A stretch of 56,512 nucleotides of DNA from Candidatus Hadarchaeota archaeon (GCA_964514965.1 CAZETV010000002.1:188545-245056); one strand, 5' to 3'; counted from the first letter of the stretch, positions 26,843 to 38,451 are shown. Numbers and translations are program-made. The notes: generated from the sequence alone by a model not told the origin.

Positions 26843-28171
26843 ATGGTAAGCCACACTAAAGAAGATGTCTTAAAGGTTGTAACTGAGAATGATGTCAGGT
26901 TCATAAGGCTTTGGTTTACCGATATCTTGGGGCAACTGAAGAGTTTTTCCATTACATCAGGGGAATTAGAGACAGCTTTTACCGAAGGGATGGGATTTGA
27001 TGGTTCGTCCATAAAAGGTTTTGCACGAATCGATGAGAGCGATATGATCGCCAAACCGGACCCCACAACCTTTACTATTCTTCCTTGGAGACCAAAAGAA
27101 AAAGCTGTTGCGAGGATGTTTTGTGACATTCTGGAACCGGACGGGAGACCCCACGAAGGTGACCCTCGCTATATATTGAAGCGAAATTTGGAGCGATTGA
27201 AGGAAAAAAATTATACTTTTTACGTCGGGCCTGAAGTAGAGTATTTTTACTTTAAAGATGCAGAGCATCCAGACGTTTTAGACAAGGGCGGGTACTTTGA
27301 CCTCACTACCTTAGATGCAGCGAGCGACTTACGAAGAGACACGATTTTGACATTGGAAGCAATGGGAGTAAAGGCTGAATATAGCCATCACGAAGTCGCG
27401 CCTTCTCAACATGAGATAGACCTGTACTATATGGACGCACTTACCATGGCCGATAACGTAATGACTTACAAGGTAGTGGTGAAGGAGATTGCACACAAAT
27501 ACGGCTACTATGCTACCTTCATGCCCAAGCCGATCTTCGGGGAAAATGGAAGTGGGATGCATACTCACCAATCTTTGTTCAAAGGAGACAAAAACGTCTT
27601 CTTTGATGCAAGTGATGAATATCACCTATCCCCAATTGCTAAAGGATACATCGCTGGATTGCTAAAACATGCCCCGGAAATCACCGCCATTACTAACCAA
27701 TGGGTCAATTCTTACAAGAGGCTGGTCCCCGGCTATGAGGCGCCAGTTTATCTAAGTTGGGCTCGTCGGAATAGGTCCACGTTAGTAAGAGTGCCCATGT
27801 ACAAACCAGGGAAGGAGAAGGCCACACGAATTGAATTCCGTAGTCCAGATCCAGCTTGCAATCCTTATTTGGCATTTGCTGTTATGCTAGCAGCTGGACT
27901 CGAGGGAATTGAGAAAGGATATTCGCTTCCGGGTCCAATCGAAAAAGATGTTTACCACCTCAGCGAAAAAGAAAGAAAAAAACTGGGCGTAGAAACACTT
28001 CCGGGAAGCTTGGTTGAGGCTATAGAATTAGCGGAAAAAAGCGAGCTGATGCACAAGACCTTAGGGGCCCATATTTTCAACAATTTTATCGAGAGCAAAA
28101 AGGTTGAGTGGGACAATTATAGAAAACAAATCCACCCTTGGGAAGTGAAAGAGTACCTCCCTATCCTGTAG
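26843..28171 (+). CDS. glnA: Glutamine synthetase (type I-alpha).
   Basis: VRFIRLWFTDILGQLKSF..., GPEVEYFYF, NGSGMHTHQSLF, KPGKEKATRIEFRSPD. Confidence 0.95.
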   Translation: MVSHTKEDVLKVVTENDVRFIRLWFTDILGQLKSFSITSGELETAFTEGMGFDGSSIKGFARIDESDMIAKPDPTTFTILPWRPKEKAVARMFCDILEPDGRPHEGDPRYILKRNLERLKEKNYTFYVGPEVEYFYFKDAEHPDVLDKGGYFDLTTLDAASDLRRDTILTLEAMGVKAEYSHHEVAPSQHEIDLYYMDALTMADNVMTYKVVVKEIAHKYGYYATFMPKPIFGENGSGMHTHQSLFKGDKNVFFDASDEYHLSPIAKGYIAGLLKHAPEITAITNQWVNSYKRLVPGYEAPVYLSWARRNRSTLVRVPMYKPGKEKATRIEFRSPDPACNPYLAFAVMLAAGLEGIEKGYSLPGPIEKDVYHLSEKERKKLGVETLPGSLVEAIELAEKSELMHKTLGAHIFNNFIESKKVEWDNYRKQIHPWEVKEYLPIL

Positions 28172-28218
28172 GAATCTGGGGTTTGAAAAGATGAAATCCT
28201 CGGGAAAAAGGTGGAAAA

Positions 28219-29301
28219 ATGAATCGCTATCTGGAAAAAGAAAGAAGTGGCTGTTCCCTTGTGGGGATAATGAACGAACAGGGAAAGAGATTTAGCGGCA
28301 AATTAGTGATAAAATCTATCGCCGTGATGCGCGAACGGGCAAATGGTTTGGGCGCGGGGTTCGCCGGTTATGGTATATACCCCAAATACAGCGATTTTTA
28401 CGCCTTCCATTTGCTGTATGATAACGATAAAGCCAAAGATTTAACTGAGGAATACTTAGAAAAAAATTATCTAATCCAGAAAGACGAAGCCATTCCGTCT
28501 AGGGAAGTAGAGGCAATAAAAAATTCACCCTGTATCTGGCGATATTTTCTAAAGATAAAAGAAGAGAGAAAAGAAGAACGTTGCGACCTTGCTGAAGAAG
28601 ATTTCATTGTCAAAACAGTGATGGACATAAACACCGGCATTGACGGGGCATTTGTATTCTCAAGTGGGAAAAACATGGGCATCTTTAAAGGCGTAGGTTT
28701 TCCTGAAGACATCGGCGCCTTTTACAGGTTGGAGGATTATAAAGGCTACAACTGGATTGCCCACGGGAGATTTCCAACAAACACGGGCGCATGGTGGGGG
28801 GGAGCTCATCCTTTAGGGCTTTTAGATTGGTCTGTGGTCCATAACGGAGAGATTTCATCTTACGGGACAAACAGAAGGTTTTTGCTCAACTACGGATATC
28901 ACTGTGCCCTTTTTACTGACACAGAGGTAATGACATACCTCTTCGACCTGCTGGCGAGAAAACACAAACTAGATTTTGGGGTGATATCAAAAATTCTCGC
29001 CGCCCCATTTTGGGATGAGATAGATAGAGCCCAGAACGGCGAATCTACGTTGGTTAAGGCCCTGCGCATGACTTATAGCAGCGCTCTGGTTAACGGCCCG
29101 TTCTCGGTTATAGTGGGGCGCAACAGGGAATTGGTGGGCCTAAACGATCGCATCAAGTTAAGGCCGTTAGTAGCTGGAAGAAAAGATGATATGCTCTATA
29201 TGTCTAGCGAAGAGTCCGGCATTAGGGAAGTATGTCCTTCGCCTGACAGAGTCTGGGCGCCGAAAGCGGGAGAGCCGGTAATCGGACGGTTGAGGGGGTA
29301 A
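28219..29301 (+). CDS. Archaeal glutamate synthase, glutamine amidotransferase domain protein (GltB domain 1).
   Basis: Class II GATase (Ntn) with the catalytic Cys near the N-terminus ([19 protein letters not shown]). Precedes the FMN domain gene. Confidence 0.7.
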   Translation: MNRYLEKERSGCSLVGIMNEQGKRFSGKLVIKSIAVMRERANGLGAGFAGYGIYPKYSDFYAFHLLYDNDKAKDLTEEYLEKNYLIQKDEAIPSREVEAIKNSPCIWRYFLKIKEERKEERCDLAEEDFIVKTVMDINTGIDGAFVFSSGKNMGIFKGVGFPEDIGAFYRLEDYKGYNWIAHGRFPTNTGAWWGGAHPLGLLDWSVVHNGEISSYGTNRRFLLNYGYHCALFTDTEVMTYLFDLLARKHKLDFGVISKILAAPFWDEIDRAQNGESTLVKALRMTYSSALVNGPFSVIVGRNRELVGLNDRIKLRPLVAGRKDDMLYMSSEESGIREVCPSPDRVWAPKAGEPVIGRLRG

Positions 29302-29303
29302 AA

Positions 29304-30824
29304 ATGCCTATCACTTTCATTCCACCCGAATTCATTATCGAAAGAGACGATGAAAAATGTATCACTTGCCAAGTTTGTTGTAGGCAGTGTGCAAACGATG
29401 CTCATACCTACGATGCTGAAGACGACAAAGTTTACACCGATAATTCTAAATGTGTGGGATGCCATCGCTGCGTGACACTTTGCCCAACCGGTGCACTAAA
29501 TGTCATACGCAATCCTCTGCACTTTAAAGATAATCCCAACTGGACGCCTCGTGCGATAAAAGACATCTATAAGCAGGCCGAGTCTGGCGGGGTGCTGTTG
29601 ACTGGGATGGGCTGTGACCGACCCTACTTTGATTACTTTAGCCATATTGTACTCAACGCGTCACAAGTGACTAACCCATCAATCGACCCCCTCCGGGAGC
29701 CGATGGAACTACGTACCTACATCGGGAAAAAACCAGACAAAGTCGAAATAGAGGGTACTAGCGAGAGGGCCCGACTAAAGACCAAGATACTCCCGCAGCT
29801 GGAGTTGAGTACTCCAATCCTCTTCTCGGCGATGTCGTTCGGCTCGATAAGTTACAATGCTCATTTGTCTTTGGCTAAGGCAGCCCAAGAGTTCGGGATT
29901 TTTTATAACACTGGAGAGGGCGGATTACACCCGGACCTGTACAAATACGGTAAACACACGATAGTCCAAGTCGCCTCGGGTCGGTTCGGTGTACATCGGG
30001 ACTACTTGGAGGTAGCTGCCGCGATAGAGATAAAAATCGGCCAGGGTGCAAAACCGGGAATAGGCGGACATCTCCCGGGAGAGAAAGTAAGCGAACAAAT
30101 AAGTCGAACCAGGATGATTCCAGAAGGAACGGATGCCCTTTCCCCAGCCCCGCATCACGACATTTATTCGATAGAGGACCTGCGACAACTCATTTATGCG
30201 TTAAAAGAGGCAACGAGCTACACGAAACCAGTGGGGGTAAAGATTGCCGCCGTGCATAACGTGGCCCCCATCGCGAGCGGCATAGTTCGTGCGGGTGCTG
30301 ATTTTGTAGCCATTGACGGGATTCGTGGTGGCACTGGTGCCGCCCCTACAGTAATCCGAGACAACGTGGGGATACCGATAGAACTCGCTGCTGCTGTAGT
30401 TGACAGCCGTCTTAGGGAGGAGGGGATTAGACATCGAGCTTCGCTTATAGTTGGTGGCGGTATAAGATCCAGCGCGGATGTCGTAAAGGCTATTGCGTTA
30501 GGCGCAGATGCTGTCTATATCGGGACCGCCTCATTGGTAGCAATGGGTTGCCGCGTTTGCCAAAAATGTTATACTGGAAAATGCAACTGGGGTATCGCTA
30601 CTCAAGACCCCTATTTGACCAAAAGATTGAATCCTGAGATTGGCGCCCGAAGATTGCTAAACTTACTCCGTGCGTGGTCATTGGAAATCAAGGATATGCT
30701 CGGCGGCATGGGCATCAACGCAATTGAAAGCCTGCGGGGGAATAGAGATCAATTAAGAGGCGTTGGACTTACGGATGTGGATTTGAAAATGCTGGGGATA
30801 AAGCCAGCTGGAGAGGCGTGGTAA
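29304..30824 (+). CDS. Glutamate synthase FMN-binding (synthase) domain protein with N-terminal 2x[4Fe-4S] ferredoxin.
   Basis: CITCQVCCRQCAN / CVGCHRCVTLCP. FMN/Fe-S region FYNTGEGGLHPD, GQGAKPGIGGHLPGEKV, GGTGAAP. Confidence 0.85.
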   Translation: MPITFIPPEFIIERDDEKCITCQVCCRQCANDAHTYDAEDDKVYTDNSKCVGCHRCVTLCPTGALNVIRNPLHFKDNPNWTPRAIKDIYKQAESGGVLLTGMGCDRPYFDYFSHIVLNASQVTNPSIDPLREPMELRTYIGKKPDKVEIEGTSERARLKTKILPQLELSTPILFSAMSFGSISYNAHLSLAKAAQEFGIFYNTGEGGLHPDLYKYGKHTIVQVASGRFGVHRDYLEVAAAIEIKIGQGAKPGIGGHLPGEKVSEQISRTRMIPEGTDALSPAPHHDIYSIEDLRQLIYALKEATSYTKPVGVKIAAVHNVAPIASGIVRAGADFVAIDGIRGGTGAAPTVIRDNVGIPIELAAAVVDSRLREEGIRHRASLIVGGGIRSSADVVKAIALGADAVYIGTASLVAMGCRVCQKCYTGKCNWGIATQDPYLTKRLNPEIGARRLLNLLRAWSLEIKDMLGGMGINAIESLRGNRDQLRGVGLTDVDLKMLGIKPAGEAW

Positions 30825-30836
30825 GCGGGGATAGAA

Positions 30837-31271
30837 ATGAAACGGATCTACATAAAAGAAGATGTTTGCATTGGATGCCGGCTTTGTGAGATTTATTGTC
30901 TGGTTCAACATTCGAAGTCAAAAAAGATAATCAAAGCCTACAAAGGGGAGTATCCCAAAGCCATCCCTAGGATTTTGGTGGAAGAGAAAGGGCACGTGTC
31001 CTTTGCCCTTCAATGCCGTCACTGTGAGGATGCCCCATGCATTGACGCTTGCATAACAGGAGCAATGTACCGGGATAAAAAGACGGGAGCCATCCTCTGT
31101 GACGAAAAGAAGTGCGTCGGCTGTTGGATGTGCATCATGGTATGCCCGTTCGGGGTTATAATGAGGGATGTGGAAGGCAAGAAAGTCGCCTCCAAATGCG
31201 ACTTGTGTTGCGGGGAGGAAATCCCTGTTTGCGTGGCGAATTGTCCTAATGAAGCGCTGGAATTCAGGTGA
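30837..31271 (+). CDS. 4Fe-4S dicluster ferredoxin-domain protein.
   Basis: CIGCRLCEIYC, CRHCEDAPCIDAC, CVGCWMCIMVCP, CDLCCGEEIPVCVANCP. Confidence 0.8.
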   Translation: MKRIYIKEDVCIGCRLCEIYCLVQHSKSKKIIKAYKGEYPKAIPRILVEEKGHVSFALQCRHCEDAPCIDACITGAMYRDKKTGAILCDEKKCVGCWMCIMVCPFGVIMRDVEGKKVASKCDLCCGEEIPVCVANCPNEALEFR

Positions 31272-31276
31272 AATGA

Positions 31277-32554
31277 ATGACCCACTACGTGATTATCGGA
31301 AACTCGGTAGCCTCCATAGCTGCGGTTGAGGCGATTCGCAATCAGGACAAAGATGGTGCAATAACCATCATCTCCGATGAACCTCACCACGCTTACTCGC
31401 GGCCGCTTATTTCGTACCTACTCGCTGGCAAGGTTTCAGAAGAATCGATGTTATATCGAGATAGAAACTTTTACAAAAAGAATAAGGTCGAGGTTCTCTT
31501 GGGCAAGAAAGCCATCGCCTTAAACCCGAAGAAGAAGTTGATTACTCTCGCTGACAAAAAGAAAATCCATTTCGACAAGCTATTGATTGCAACCGGGGGA
31601 ACTCCGATTCTCCCAAAAGTTAAAGGCAAAAATCTAGACGGTGTCTTCACTTTCACCAAATGGGACGATGCCAAGAAGATTAAGGAGTACATCAACAAAA
31701 ACAAGGTAAAAAAAGTAATCGTAGTAGGAGGCGGGCTAATAGGACTAAAAACTGTCGAAGGCTTGATTGGGCTTAAAGTAAAGGTGAGTATTGTCGAACT
31801 TGCCGACAGGATATTAAGTGCCACTTTCGATAAGAAAGCTTCCAATCTCATAAAGACTTGTTTGAATAAAATGGGTTGTAACGTAATCACCAAAAATACC
31901 GTGACTAAAATCAGGGGCAAAAAGAAAGTAACCAGCGTGATTTTAAAGGATGGATTGAAACTCGATTGCGGCATGGTCATCTTCGCTATCGGCGTTGCTC
32001 CAAACGTAGAGATCGCCAAAGGTACAGATATCGAAATAAATAAGGGTATCCTTGTCGACAACCACATGCAAACTAATATCCCGGACATCTACGCAGCAGG
32101 CGATGTTGTTGAAGGGCTTGATTTTATTACAGGATTAACTCGCCCTATAGCCATTTGGCCAAACGCTTACAAACAAGGCAACATTGCTGGATCCAACATG
32201 GCCGGGGTGCCTAAAGAATACACGGGTAGTTTTGTTATGAACTCGGTTGAACTTTGCAACATACCAACCATTTCGGTGGGATTAACCGACCCCAAAGAGG
32301 ACGGATACGAGGTGCTCGATTATTACGACGAGGAAAATTTAGTATACAGGAAAGTTGTGCTGAAAGGAAACCGGATAGTCGGCGCCATATTTATCAAGAA
32401 TATCGATAGAGCGGGAATTTATACAGGTCTCATCATAGAAAAGGTAGATGTTTCGAGCTTTAGAAATCACCTTCTAGAAGAAGATTTTGGTCTGCTATCT
32501 CTACCCAAAGAGTACAGGAAACACTTAGTTTATGGACCGGGGGTTGAGGTATGA
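31277..32554 (+). CDS. FAD/NAD(P)-dependent pyridine nucleotide-disulfide-family oxidoreductase (probable electron-input subunit of GOGAT).
   Basis: HYVIIGNSVASIAAVEA (FAD Rossmann), VVGGGLIGLK (NAD Rossmann), AAGDVVEG. Confidence 0.75.
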   Translation: MTHYVIIGNSVASIAAVEAIRNQDKDGAITIISDEPHHAYSRPLISYLLAGKVSEESMLYRDRNFYKKNKVEVLLGKKAIALNPKKKLITLADKKKIHFDKLLIATGGTPILPKVKGKNLDGVFTFTKWDDAKKIKEYINKNKVKKVIVVGGGLIGLKTVEGLIGLKVKVSIVELADRILSATFDKKASNLIKTCLNKMGCNVITKNTVTKIRGKKKVTSVILKDGLKLDCGMVIFAIGVAPNVEIAKGTDIEINKGILVDNHMQTNIPDIYAAGDVVEGLDFITGLTRPIAIWPNAYKQGNIAGSNMAGVPKEYTGSFVMNSVELCNIPTISVGLTDPKEDGYEVLDYYDEENLVYRKVVLKGNRIVGAIFIKNIDRAGIYTGLIIEKVDVSSFRNHLLEEDFGLLSLPKEYRKHLVYGPGVEV

Positions 32555-33282
32555 GGATAGATGCGAAGGGGGTTTATTATAAGGATTTAAATGAGCAAAT
32601 CCGCCAAGCCGTCGCTAAAGGGGAAAAGGAAATCATTCTAGACAACATTAACGGACAAAGGTATATCGGTGCTGGGCTAAAGGGTGATATAGATATCAAA
32701 ATTTTTGGGGTTCCGGGAAACGATCTCGCCGCTTTCATGGACGGCCCAACTATAACAGTGTTTGCAAATGGACAAGATGGGGTGGGAAATACGATGAATT
32801 CTGGTAAAATCGTGATTCGCGGAGATGCCGGAGATATATTGGGGTATTCCATGCGCGGGGGGAAGATCTTTGTCAAAGGTGATGTTGGTTACCGCGTGGG
32901 CATACACATGAAGTCTTACAAAGAGGCATATCCTGTTGTGATTGTTGGGGGGCGTGCACAAGATTTCCTTGGAGAGTATATGGCAGGGGGATTACTAGTC
33001 GTTTTAGGACTAGAGAAAGGGGAATCACGGATGACTGGGAACTATGTGGGGACAGGTATGCATGGCGGGGTGATGTACATCCGGGGGAAATTGGAGGATT
33101 ACCAACTTGGGAAAGAAGTGGAGATACTCAAACCCAATGAACAAGACATTAAAATGTTAGATTGTTATTTAGAAGAATACTGTCACGATTTTAATTTAGA
33201 TTTAAATGAGATTTCAAACGAAGAGTTCGTGAAATTAGTACCTCACTCCTACCGCCCCTATGGGAGGATATACGCTTATTGA
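32551..33282 (+). CDS. Glutamate synthase GXGXG (alpha-subunit C-terminal) domain protein.
   Basis: GAGLKGDIDIKIFGVPGNDLAAFMDGPTITVFANGQDGVGNTMNSGKIVIRGDAGD... repeated GXGXG beta-helix. Confidence 0.8.
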   Translation: MRIDAKGVYYKDLNEQIRQAVAKGEKEIILDNINGQRYIGAGLKGDIDIKIFGVPGNDLAAFMDGPTITVFANGQDGVGNTMNSGKIVIRGDAGDILGYSMRGGKIFVKGDVGYRVGIHMKSYKEAYPVVIVGGRAQDFLGEYMAGGLLVVLGLEKGESRMTGNYVGTGMHGGVMYIRGKLEDYQLGKEVEILKPNEQDIKMLDCYLEEYCHDFNLDLNEISNEEFVKLVPHSYRPYGRIYAY

Positions 33283-33310
33283 ATATCTGGTGTTTTCGTT
33301 GAAATCTATT

Positions 33311-34780
33311 ATGAAAATCAAGGATTTCAAAAAGCTAGCAGACCAATTAGATAGACCGTGCATAATACCTCTTATTCACACGGTCGAAGGGTGCGGCGAT
33401 CCAGCTAAAATTTATAATAACCTAAGACGCATACACAACCCATCTTACCTCCTCGAGTCTGCAGAAGGACCTGGTGGGTCAGCTCGCTATTCTATTATAG
33501 GCTGTAACCCACTGCTTCACATCTCCGTGCGCAATGGTACACTCAAGGCTTCAGGTAGAGCAGATGTAGTTAACCTTTCTCAAAAATATGCACGAAAAGT
33601 CGCCAAAGCTGATGCCTTGGACAAGATGAAGGAAGCAATGTTTTTAAAAATTATGGGGCAAGCAACTGAAAGTGTGCCACGCTTTGTGCTCGGGGTGGTT
33701 GGATATGTGGGTTATGATTTAGTGAGATCTATGACCAACATTGGAGCACACGCTCTCGATGACCGTAACCACCCAGATGTTGAGTTCATGCTTGCAGAAG
33801 GGTCCATCACTTTTGACCATCTTAAGCATCAAACTCACTATTGTTCTCTGACTCTATTTACCGAGGAAATCGATGTAGACAGCTACTATGAAAAAGCATT
33901 GTCGAACATCAAAAAACTCAAGGCCATAAAACCAATATCGGCCGAGCCCCAACGGCAAAAAATCGTGACGCGGTCAAATATCTCGAAATCAAAATTTGAG
34001 CATGATGTCAAGGTGGCAAAGCGATACATCCGGGCAGGAGACATAATCCAAGTCGTGCTTTCGAGACGTATCGAGCTGAAGCCCGCGCCCCCGCTCGACC
34101 AGTTTTACATGAATCTCCGAAAAATCAATCCTTCCCCTTACATGTTTTTCCTTGATTTTCCGAATCGTTCTCTGATTGGATCAAGCCCGGAAATCTTGGT
34201 GAAAGTCGATGGCAAAAAAGTATTAACTAGGCCCATCGCCGGCACACGACGTCGGGGCAATAACAAAATCGAGGATATCTCTCTCGAGCGTGACCTCCTC
34301 GGAGACGAGAAGGAGCGAGCCGAACACATCATGCTTGTCGATTTAGGAAGGAACGACATCGGCCGCATCTCAGAGTATGGCGCCGTTAAGGTAACTGATT
34401 TCATGGAGGTCGAAAAGTACAGTCATGTCCAGCACATAGTTTCGAATGTTGTTGGGCGAATGAGACCAGAGAAAGACGCTTTTGATGCATTACGTGCGAC
34501 TTTCCCTGCCGGCACGGTGACGGGAGCGCCGAAAGTTAGGGCAATGGAGATAATTGATGAACTCGAACCCACGCGACGAGGCATCTATGCTGGAGCAGTC
34601 GGATCCTTCAGCTATAGCGGTCATGCTGACCTCGCGATAACCATCAGGACCATGGTGGCAGAGCGAGGCAGAGGTTATATCCAAGTAGGCGCTGGCATCG
34701 TTGCAGATTCTATACCGTGGAAAGAACACTACGAAACTGAAAACAAAGCACAGGCGCTTTTGCGTGCGGCGGGTGTTTAA
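33311..34780 (+). CDS. trpE: Anthranilate synthase component I.
   Basis: LESAEGPGGSARYSIIG, chorismate-binding C-terminus GAVGSFSYSGHADLAITIRT. The track ORF starts 17 codons upstream. Confidence 0.9.
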   Translation: MKIKDFKKLADQLDRPCIIPLIHTVEGCGDPAKIYNNLRRIHNPSYLLESAEGPGGSARYSIIGCNPLLHISVRNGTLKASGRADVVNLSQKYARKVAKADALDKMKEAMFLKIMGQATESVPRFVLGVVGYVGYDLVRSMTNIGAHALDDRNHPDVEFMLAEGSITFDHLKHQTHYCSLTLFTEEIDVDSYYEKALSNIKKLKAIKPISAEPQRQKIVTRSNISKSKFEHDVKVAKRYIRAGDIIQVVLSRRIELKPAPPLDQFYMNLRKINPSPYMFFLDFPNRSLIGSSPEILVKVDGKKVLTRPIAGTRRRGNNKIEDISLERDLLGDEKERAEHIMLVDLGRNDIGRISEYGAVKVTDFMEVEKYSHVQHIVSNVVGRMRPEKDAFDALRATFPAGTVTGAPKVRAMEIIDELEPTRRGIYAGAVGSFSYSGHADLAITIRTMVAERGRGYIQVGAGIVADSIPWKEHYETENKAQALLRAAGV

Positions 34781-35350
34781 GTGCGCGTTACGGTGATTGA
34801 CAACATTGATTCATTCGTCTATAACCTTGTGCAATACATCGGGGAGCTAGGAGCGGAACTCCGAGTTTTCACGAACGATGTATCACTCCGTAAGATCATC
34901 GATGAAAATCCAGATAAAATTGTCATTTCTCCAGGCCCCAAGACTCCCGAAGTTGCTGGCGTATCAATCGATGTGATTAAGGAATTTAGCGGCAAAGTCC
35001 CGATTCTTGGGGTATGCCTTGGTCACCAAGCGATTGGCTATGCATTTGGAGCAAATATCGTCCCAGCAAAACGATTGATGCACGGCAAAACTTGTTTTAT
35101 TGAGCACGATGGTAGTGAACTCTTTAAAGGAGTGCCGAATCCATTTGAGGCAACACGCTATCATTCTCTAGCGGTCGACCGTGCAACGTTACCGTCCTGC
35201 TTACGCATAACGGCTGAAACTTCCGATGAGCATCACGAAATAATGGGAATAAAACACGCGGAACATCCAACTTTTGGGGTACAATTTCACCCGGAGTCGA
35301 TACTGACCACACATGGGAAGCTCATGATAAAAAATTTCATCAAGCTATGA
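34781..35350 (+). CDS. trpG: Anthranilate synthase component II (GATase).
   Basis: VIDNIDSFVYNL, GVCLGHQAIG, HPES triad. GTG start abutting the trpE stop. Confidence 0.9.
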   Translation: MRVTVIDNIDSFVYNLVQYIGELGAELRVFTNDVSLRKIIDENPDKIVISPGPKTPEVAGVSIDVIKEFSGKVPILGVCLGHQAIGYAFGANIVPAKRLMHGKTCFIEHDGSELFKGVPNPFEATRYHSLAVDRATLPSCLRITAETSDEHHEIMGIKHAEHPTFGVQFHPESILTTHGKLMIKNFIKL

Positions 35351-35403
35351 GATGTATAGTAATGCAAAAAACTCGAACGGAAAATAAGTGGTAGTGTGTT
35401 CAG

Positions 35404-36177
35404 ATGTTAACGAAACGAATCATCCCCTGCCTCGATATGCGCTGGGGGCGTGTTGTCAAGGGTGTCAAGTTCAAGCAACTACGTGATGCGGGCGATCCAG
35501 CTGAGCTAGCACATTGGTATGACGAACAAGGCGCCGATGAGGTGGTGTTCTTGGATATCGGAGCATCACCAGAGGGGAGGGAAACTATGTTTGAAGTGGT
35601 CAAGCACACAGCCAAACAACTATTTATCCCACTAACAGTTGGCGGCGGCATTAATTCGCTCGATCATATCAACCGCATGCTCAAGTCAGGGGCGGACAAG
35701 GTGGCGATAAATACTGCTGCAGTTGAGAGCCCTGAACTGGTACGTGAGTCGGCGGAGAAGTTTGGGAGCCAGTGCATCGTCATCGCTATAGACGCCAAGA
35801 GTATCGGAGAGCGAAAGTGGGAGGTTTACACTTATGGCGGCCGCAAGCCAACCGGCGTGGATGTATTGGAATGGGCCAGACAAGTCGAGTCATTAGGAGC
35901 AGGCGAAATTCTGCTTACGAGCATGGACGCCGATGGCACGAAAGCCGGTTATGATTTAGAACTCACCAAAACTGTAGCTAACGCGGTTAACATACCAATC
36001 ATCGCTTCGGGCGGCGCTGGCAATCCTCAACACATTTGCGAGGTTCTTACGACTACTGGAGCAGACGCTGCTTTAGCCGCTGGCATTTTTCATTTCGGCG
36101 CTTATTCTATCGGCGACGTTAAAAGTTACTTGCGCGAACAAGGCGTTCCTGTGAGGTTGTGGGTGAGGCAAAAATGA
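35404..36177 (+). CDS. hisF: Imidazole glycerol-phosphate synthase cyclase subunit.
   Basis: [32 protein letters not shown]. Confidence 0.95.
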   Translation: MLTKRIIPCLDMRWGRVVKGVKFKQLRDAGDPAELAHWYDEQGADEVVFLDIGASPEGRETMFEVVKHTAKQLFIPLTVGGGINSLDHINRMLKSGADKVAINTAAVESPELVRESAEKFGSQCIVIAIDAKSIGERKWEVYTYGGRKPTGVDVLEWARQVESLGAGEILLTSMDADGTKAGYDLELTKTVANAVNIPIIASGGAGNPQHICEVLTTTGADAALAAGIFHFGAYSIGDVKSYLREQGVPVRLWVRQK

Positions 36178-36779
36178 CCCGAATAGCAATCGTTGACTAT
36201 GGTGTCGGCAATCTGCATAGCATCCGGCGTGGCCTCGACCTAGCTGGTGCTCAAACCAAAATCACAAATGAACCCGATGAAATCGCTGCAGCTGATGCCA
36301 TCGTGCTCCCAGGAGTCGGGGCATTCAAGAGTGCAATGCAGGAGCTTGGGGCTAATCTCGATATCATCAAACAAGCTACTTCTGCAGGCAAGCCTTTATT
36401 GGGTATTTGTTTGGGCATGCAACTATTGCTGGCTCGGAGTGAGGAAGGCGGCAACACAGAGGGCTTAGGACTCATTCCCGGCAAGGTGGTCAAGCTACCG
36501 CGTACTCAAAAGGTGCCGCATATGGGCTGGAATTCTTTAGAAGTTAAACGCGAACACCCATTCTTGGTGGACGTTCAATCTGGCGCCCAAATTTACTTTG
36601 TGCATTCCTATCTCGTGCAGCCTGAAGACGAAAAATCTGTTATCGCGACTAGCACTTACGGTATCGAATTCCCCGCTATTGTGGCACAGGGCACAGTGAT
36701 TGGGACACAGTTTCACCCAGAAAAAAGCGGAAGGGTCGGATTACAAATGCTTAAAAATTTTGTTATGATGGTAGAATAA
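36174..36779 (+). CDS. hisH: Imidazole glycerol-phosphate synthase glutaminase subunit.
   Basis: [33 protein letters not shown] overlap with hisF. Confidence 0.9.
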   Translation: MTRIAIVDYGVGNLHSIRRGLDLAGAQTKITNEPDEIAAADAIVLPGVGAFKSAMQELGANLDIIKQATSAGKPLLGICLGMQLLLARSEEGGNTEGLGLIPGKVVKLPRTQKVPHMGWNSLEVKREHPFLVDVQSGAQIYFVHSYLVQPEDEKSVIATSTYGIEFPAIVAQGTVIGTQFHPEKSGRVGLQMLKNFVMMVE

Positions 36780-36803
36780 AGGGCAGCCACCCAAAATGAG
36801 GAT

Positions 36804-38354
36804 ATGTTTATGAAAACCGATGCAATCATTGTAGTTGATTTTGGCGGGCAATATTGTCACCTGATAGGAAGAAGGGTTAGGGAGTACAAAGTTTACTCCG
36901 AAGTAGTGCCATATGATGTAACCCCCGAAGAAATCAAAGCACTCAACAAAAAGTTCAATGTTAAGGGGATAATCCTATCTGGCGGACCGTCTAGCATTCA
37001 CGAAGAAAACGCTCCTAAATGTAGTCGAGAAATTTTAGAATTGAACATTCCAATCTTAGGTTTATGTTACGGACACCAGCTCATCGCTCATTTTTCTGGG
37101 GGGGAAGTAAAAAGAGCGGACAAGAGGGAGTATGGAATAACAATTGTTATAATCGATAAGCCAATTGGAGTCCTAAAGGGATTAGATGATAAAGAAAAAG
37201 TCTGGATGAGCCACGGTGATACTGTTTACACGCTTTCACAAGAATACGATATCCTCGCACACACTGAAAATTGTCCTGTAGCTGCATTCAAGCATAAGGA
37301 GGAGCCCATTTACGGTCTACAGTGGCATCCCGAAGTTATCCATACTGAGAAAGGAGGAAAAATGCTAGAAAATTTCATCTTCGAAATCTGCAAATGCCAA
37401 GCGAATTGGAAGATGGAAGATTTCGTGAAAAAATCCATCCAAGAAATAAAACAGGTAACAGGTAATAAAAAAGCTATAATCGCTTTAAGCGGGGGTATCG
37501 ACTCTAGCACGGCTACAGTATTGGCCGCAAAAGCCATGGGGAAGAACTTAACTGCAGTCTTCGTTGATCACGGATTCATGAGGGAGGGGGAACCTGAATT
37601 TATCAAAGATACATTTGAAAAATTTGATTTCAACTTCATTGCGGTGGATGCACGGGAAAGGTTCCTGCGAAGATTAAAAGGGATAATAGACCCCGAGCGG
37701 AAAAGGAAGATAATTGGAGAAGAATTCATCAAGGTTTTCGAGGAAGTCGCAAGAGAAGTTGGAGCGGAGTACCTTTTGCAAGGAACGATTTATCCGGATA
37801 GAATCGAATCAGGTTTTAGGAAGTATTCCGACAAAATAAAAACCCACCATAACGTTGCGGGCTTACCAACCAAAATTGAATTTCTTGGAGTAGTCGAACC
37901 GTTAAGGAACCTGTATAAAGATGAAGTAAGGAAGGTTGCAAAAAAGTTGAGATTACCAAACGAAATTATCTGGAGACAACCCTTTCCCGGCCCAGGTTTA
38001 TCCGTGAGAATAATTAATGAGGTAACTCCTGAGAAAATCGAAATAATTAAAAAAGCTGACAAAATAGCGACCGAGGAGATAGAGGAAAGCGGATTGAAAG
38101 AGGATTTATGGCAATATTTCGCTGTTTTGACTGACACCAAAAGTACCGGGGTGAAAGGCGATTCAAGAGCGTATGGTTACACGGTCGCTATCAGAGCCGT
38201 TAAAAGTAAAGAAGCTATGACCGCTAACTTTGCAAAAATCCCTTATGATGTGTTGGAGCGGATTTCTACGAAAATAACAAATGAGATACCAGAAGTTACA
38301 AGAGTTGTATATGATGTCACCCACAAACCACCGGCAACAATTGAATGGGAGTGA
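36804..38354 (+). CDS. guaA: GMP synthase (glutamine-hydrolysing), fused GATase plus ATP-PPase.
   Basis: IIVVDFGGQY, GLCYGHQL, PP-loop SGGIDSS, C-terminal dimerisation KPPATIEWE. Confidence 0.95.
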   Translation: MFMKTDAIIVVDFGGQYCHLIGRRVREYKVYSEVVPYDVTPEEIKALNKKFNVKGIILSGGPSSIHEENAPKCSREILELNIPILGLCYGHQLIAHFSGGEVKRADKREYGITIVIIDKPIGVLKGLDDKEKVWMSHGDTVYTLSQEYDILAHTENCPVAAFKHKEEPIYGLQWHPEVIHTEKGGKMLENFIFEICKCQANWKMEDFVKKSIQEIKQVTGNKKAIIALSGGIDSSTATVLAAKAMGKNLTAVFVDHGFMREGEPEFIKDTFEKFDFNFIAVDARERFLRRLKGIIDPERKRKIIGEEFIKVFEEVAREVGAEYLLQGTIYPDRIESGFRKYSDKIKTHHNVAGLPTKIEFLGVVEPLRNLYKDEVRKVAKKLRLPNEIIWRQPFPGPGLSVRIINEVTPEKIEIIKKADKIATEEIEESGLKEDLWQYFAVLTDTKSTGVKGDSRAYGYTVAIRAVKSKEAMTANFAKIPYDVLERISTKITNEIPEVTRVVYDVTHKPPATIEWE

Positions 38355-38451
38355 CAAATTGAACTTTTAGCCACGAAGCTGAAGATTCAATATGGGAAAA
38401 TTAAATGAGGTCAATGTTACATATGTTTAAACAATTTTTGGGGGAGAACAC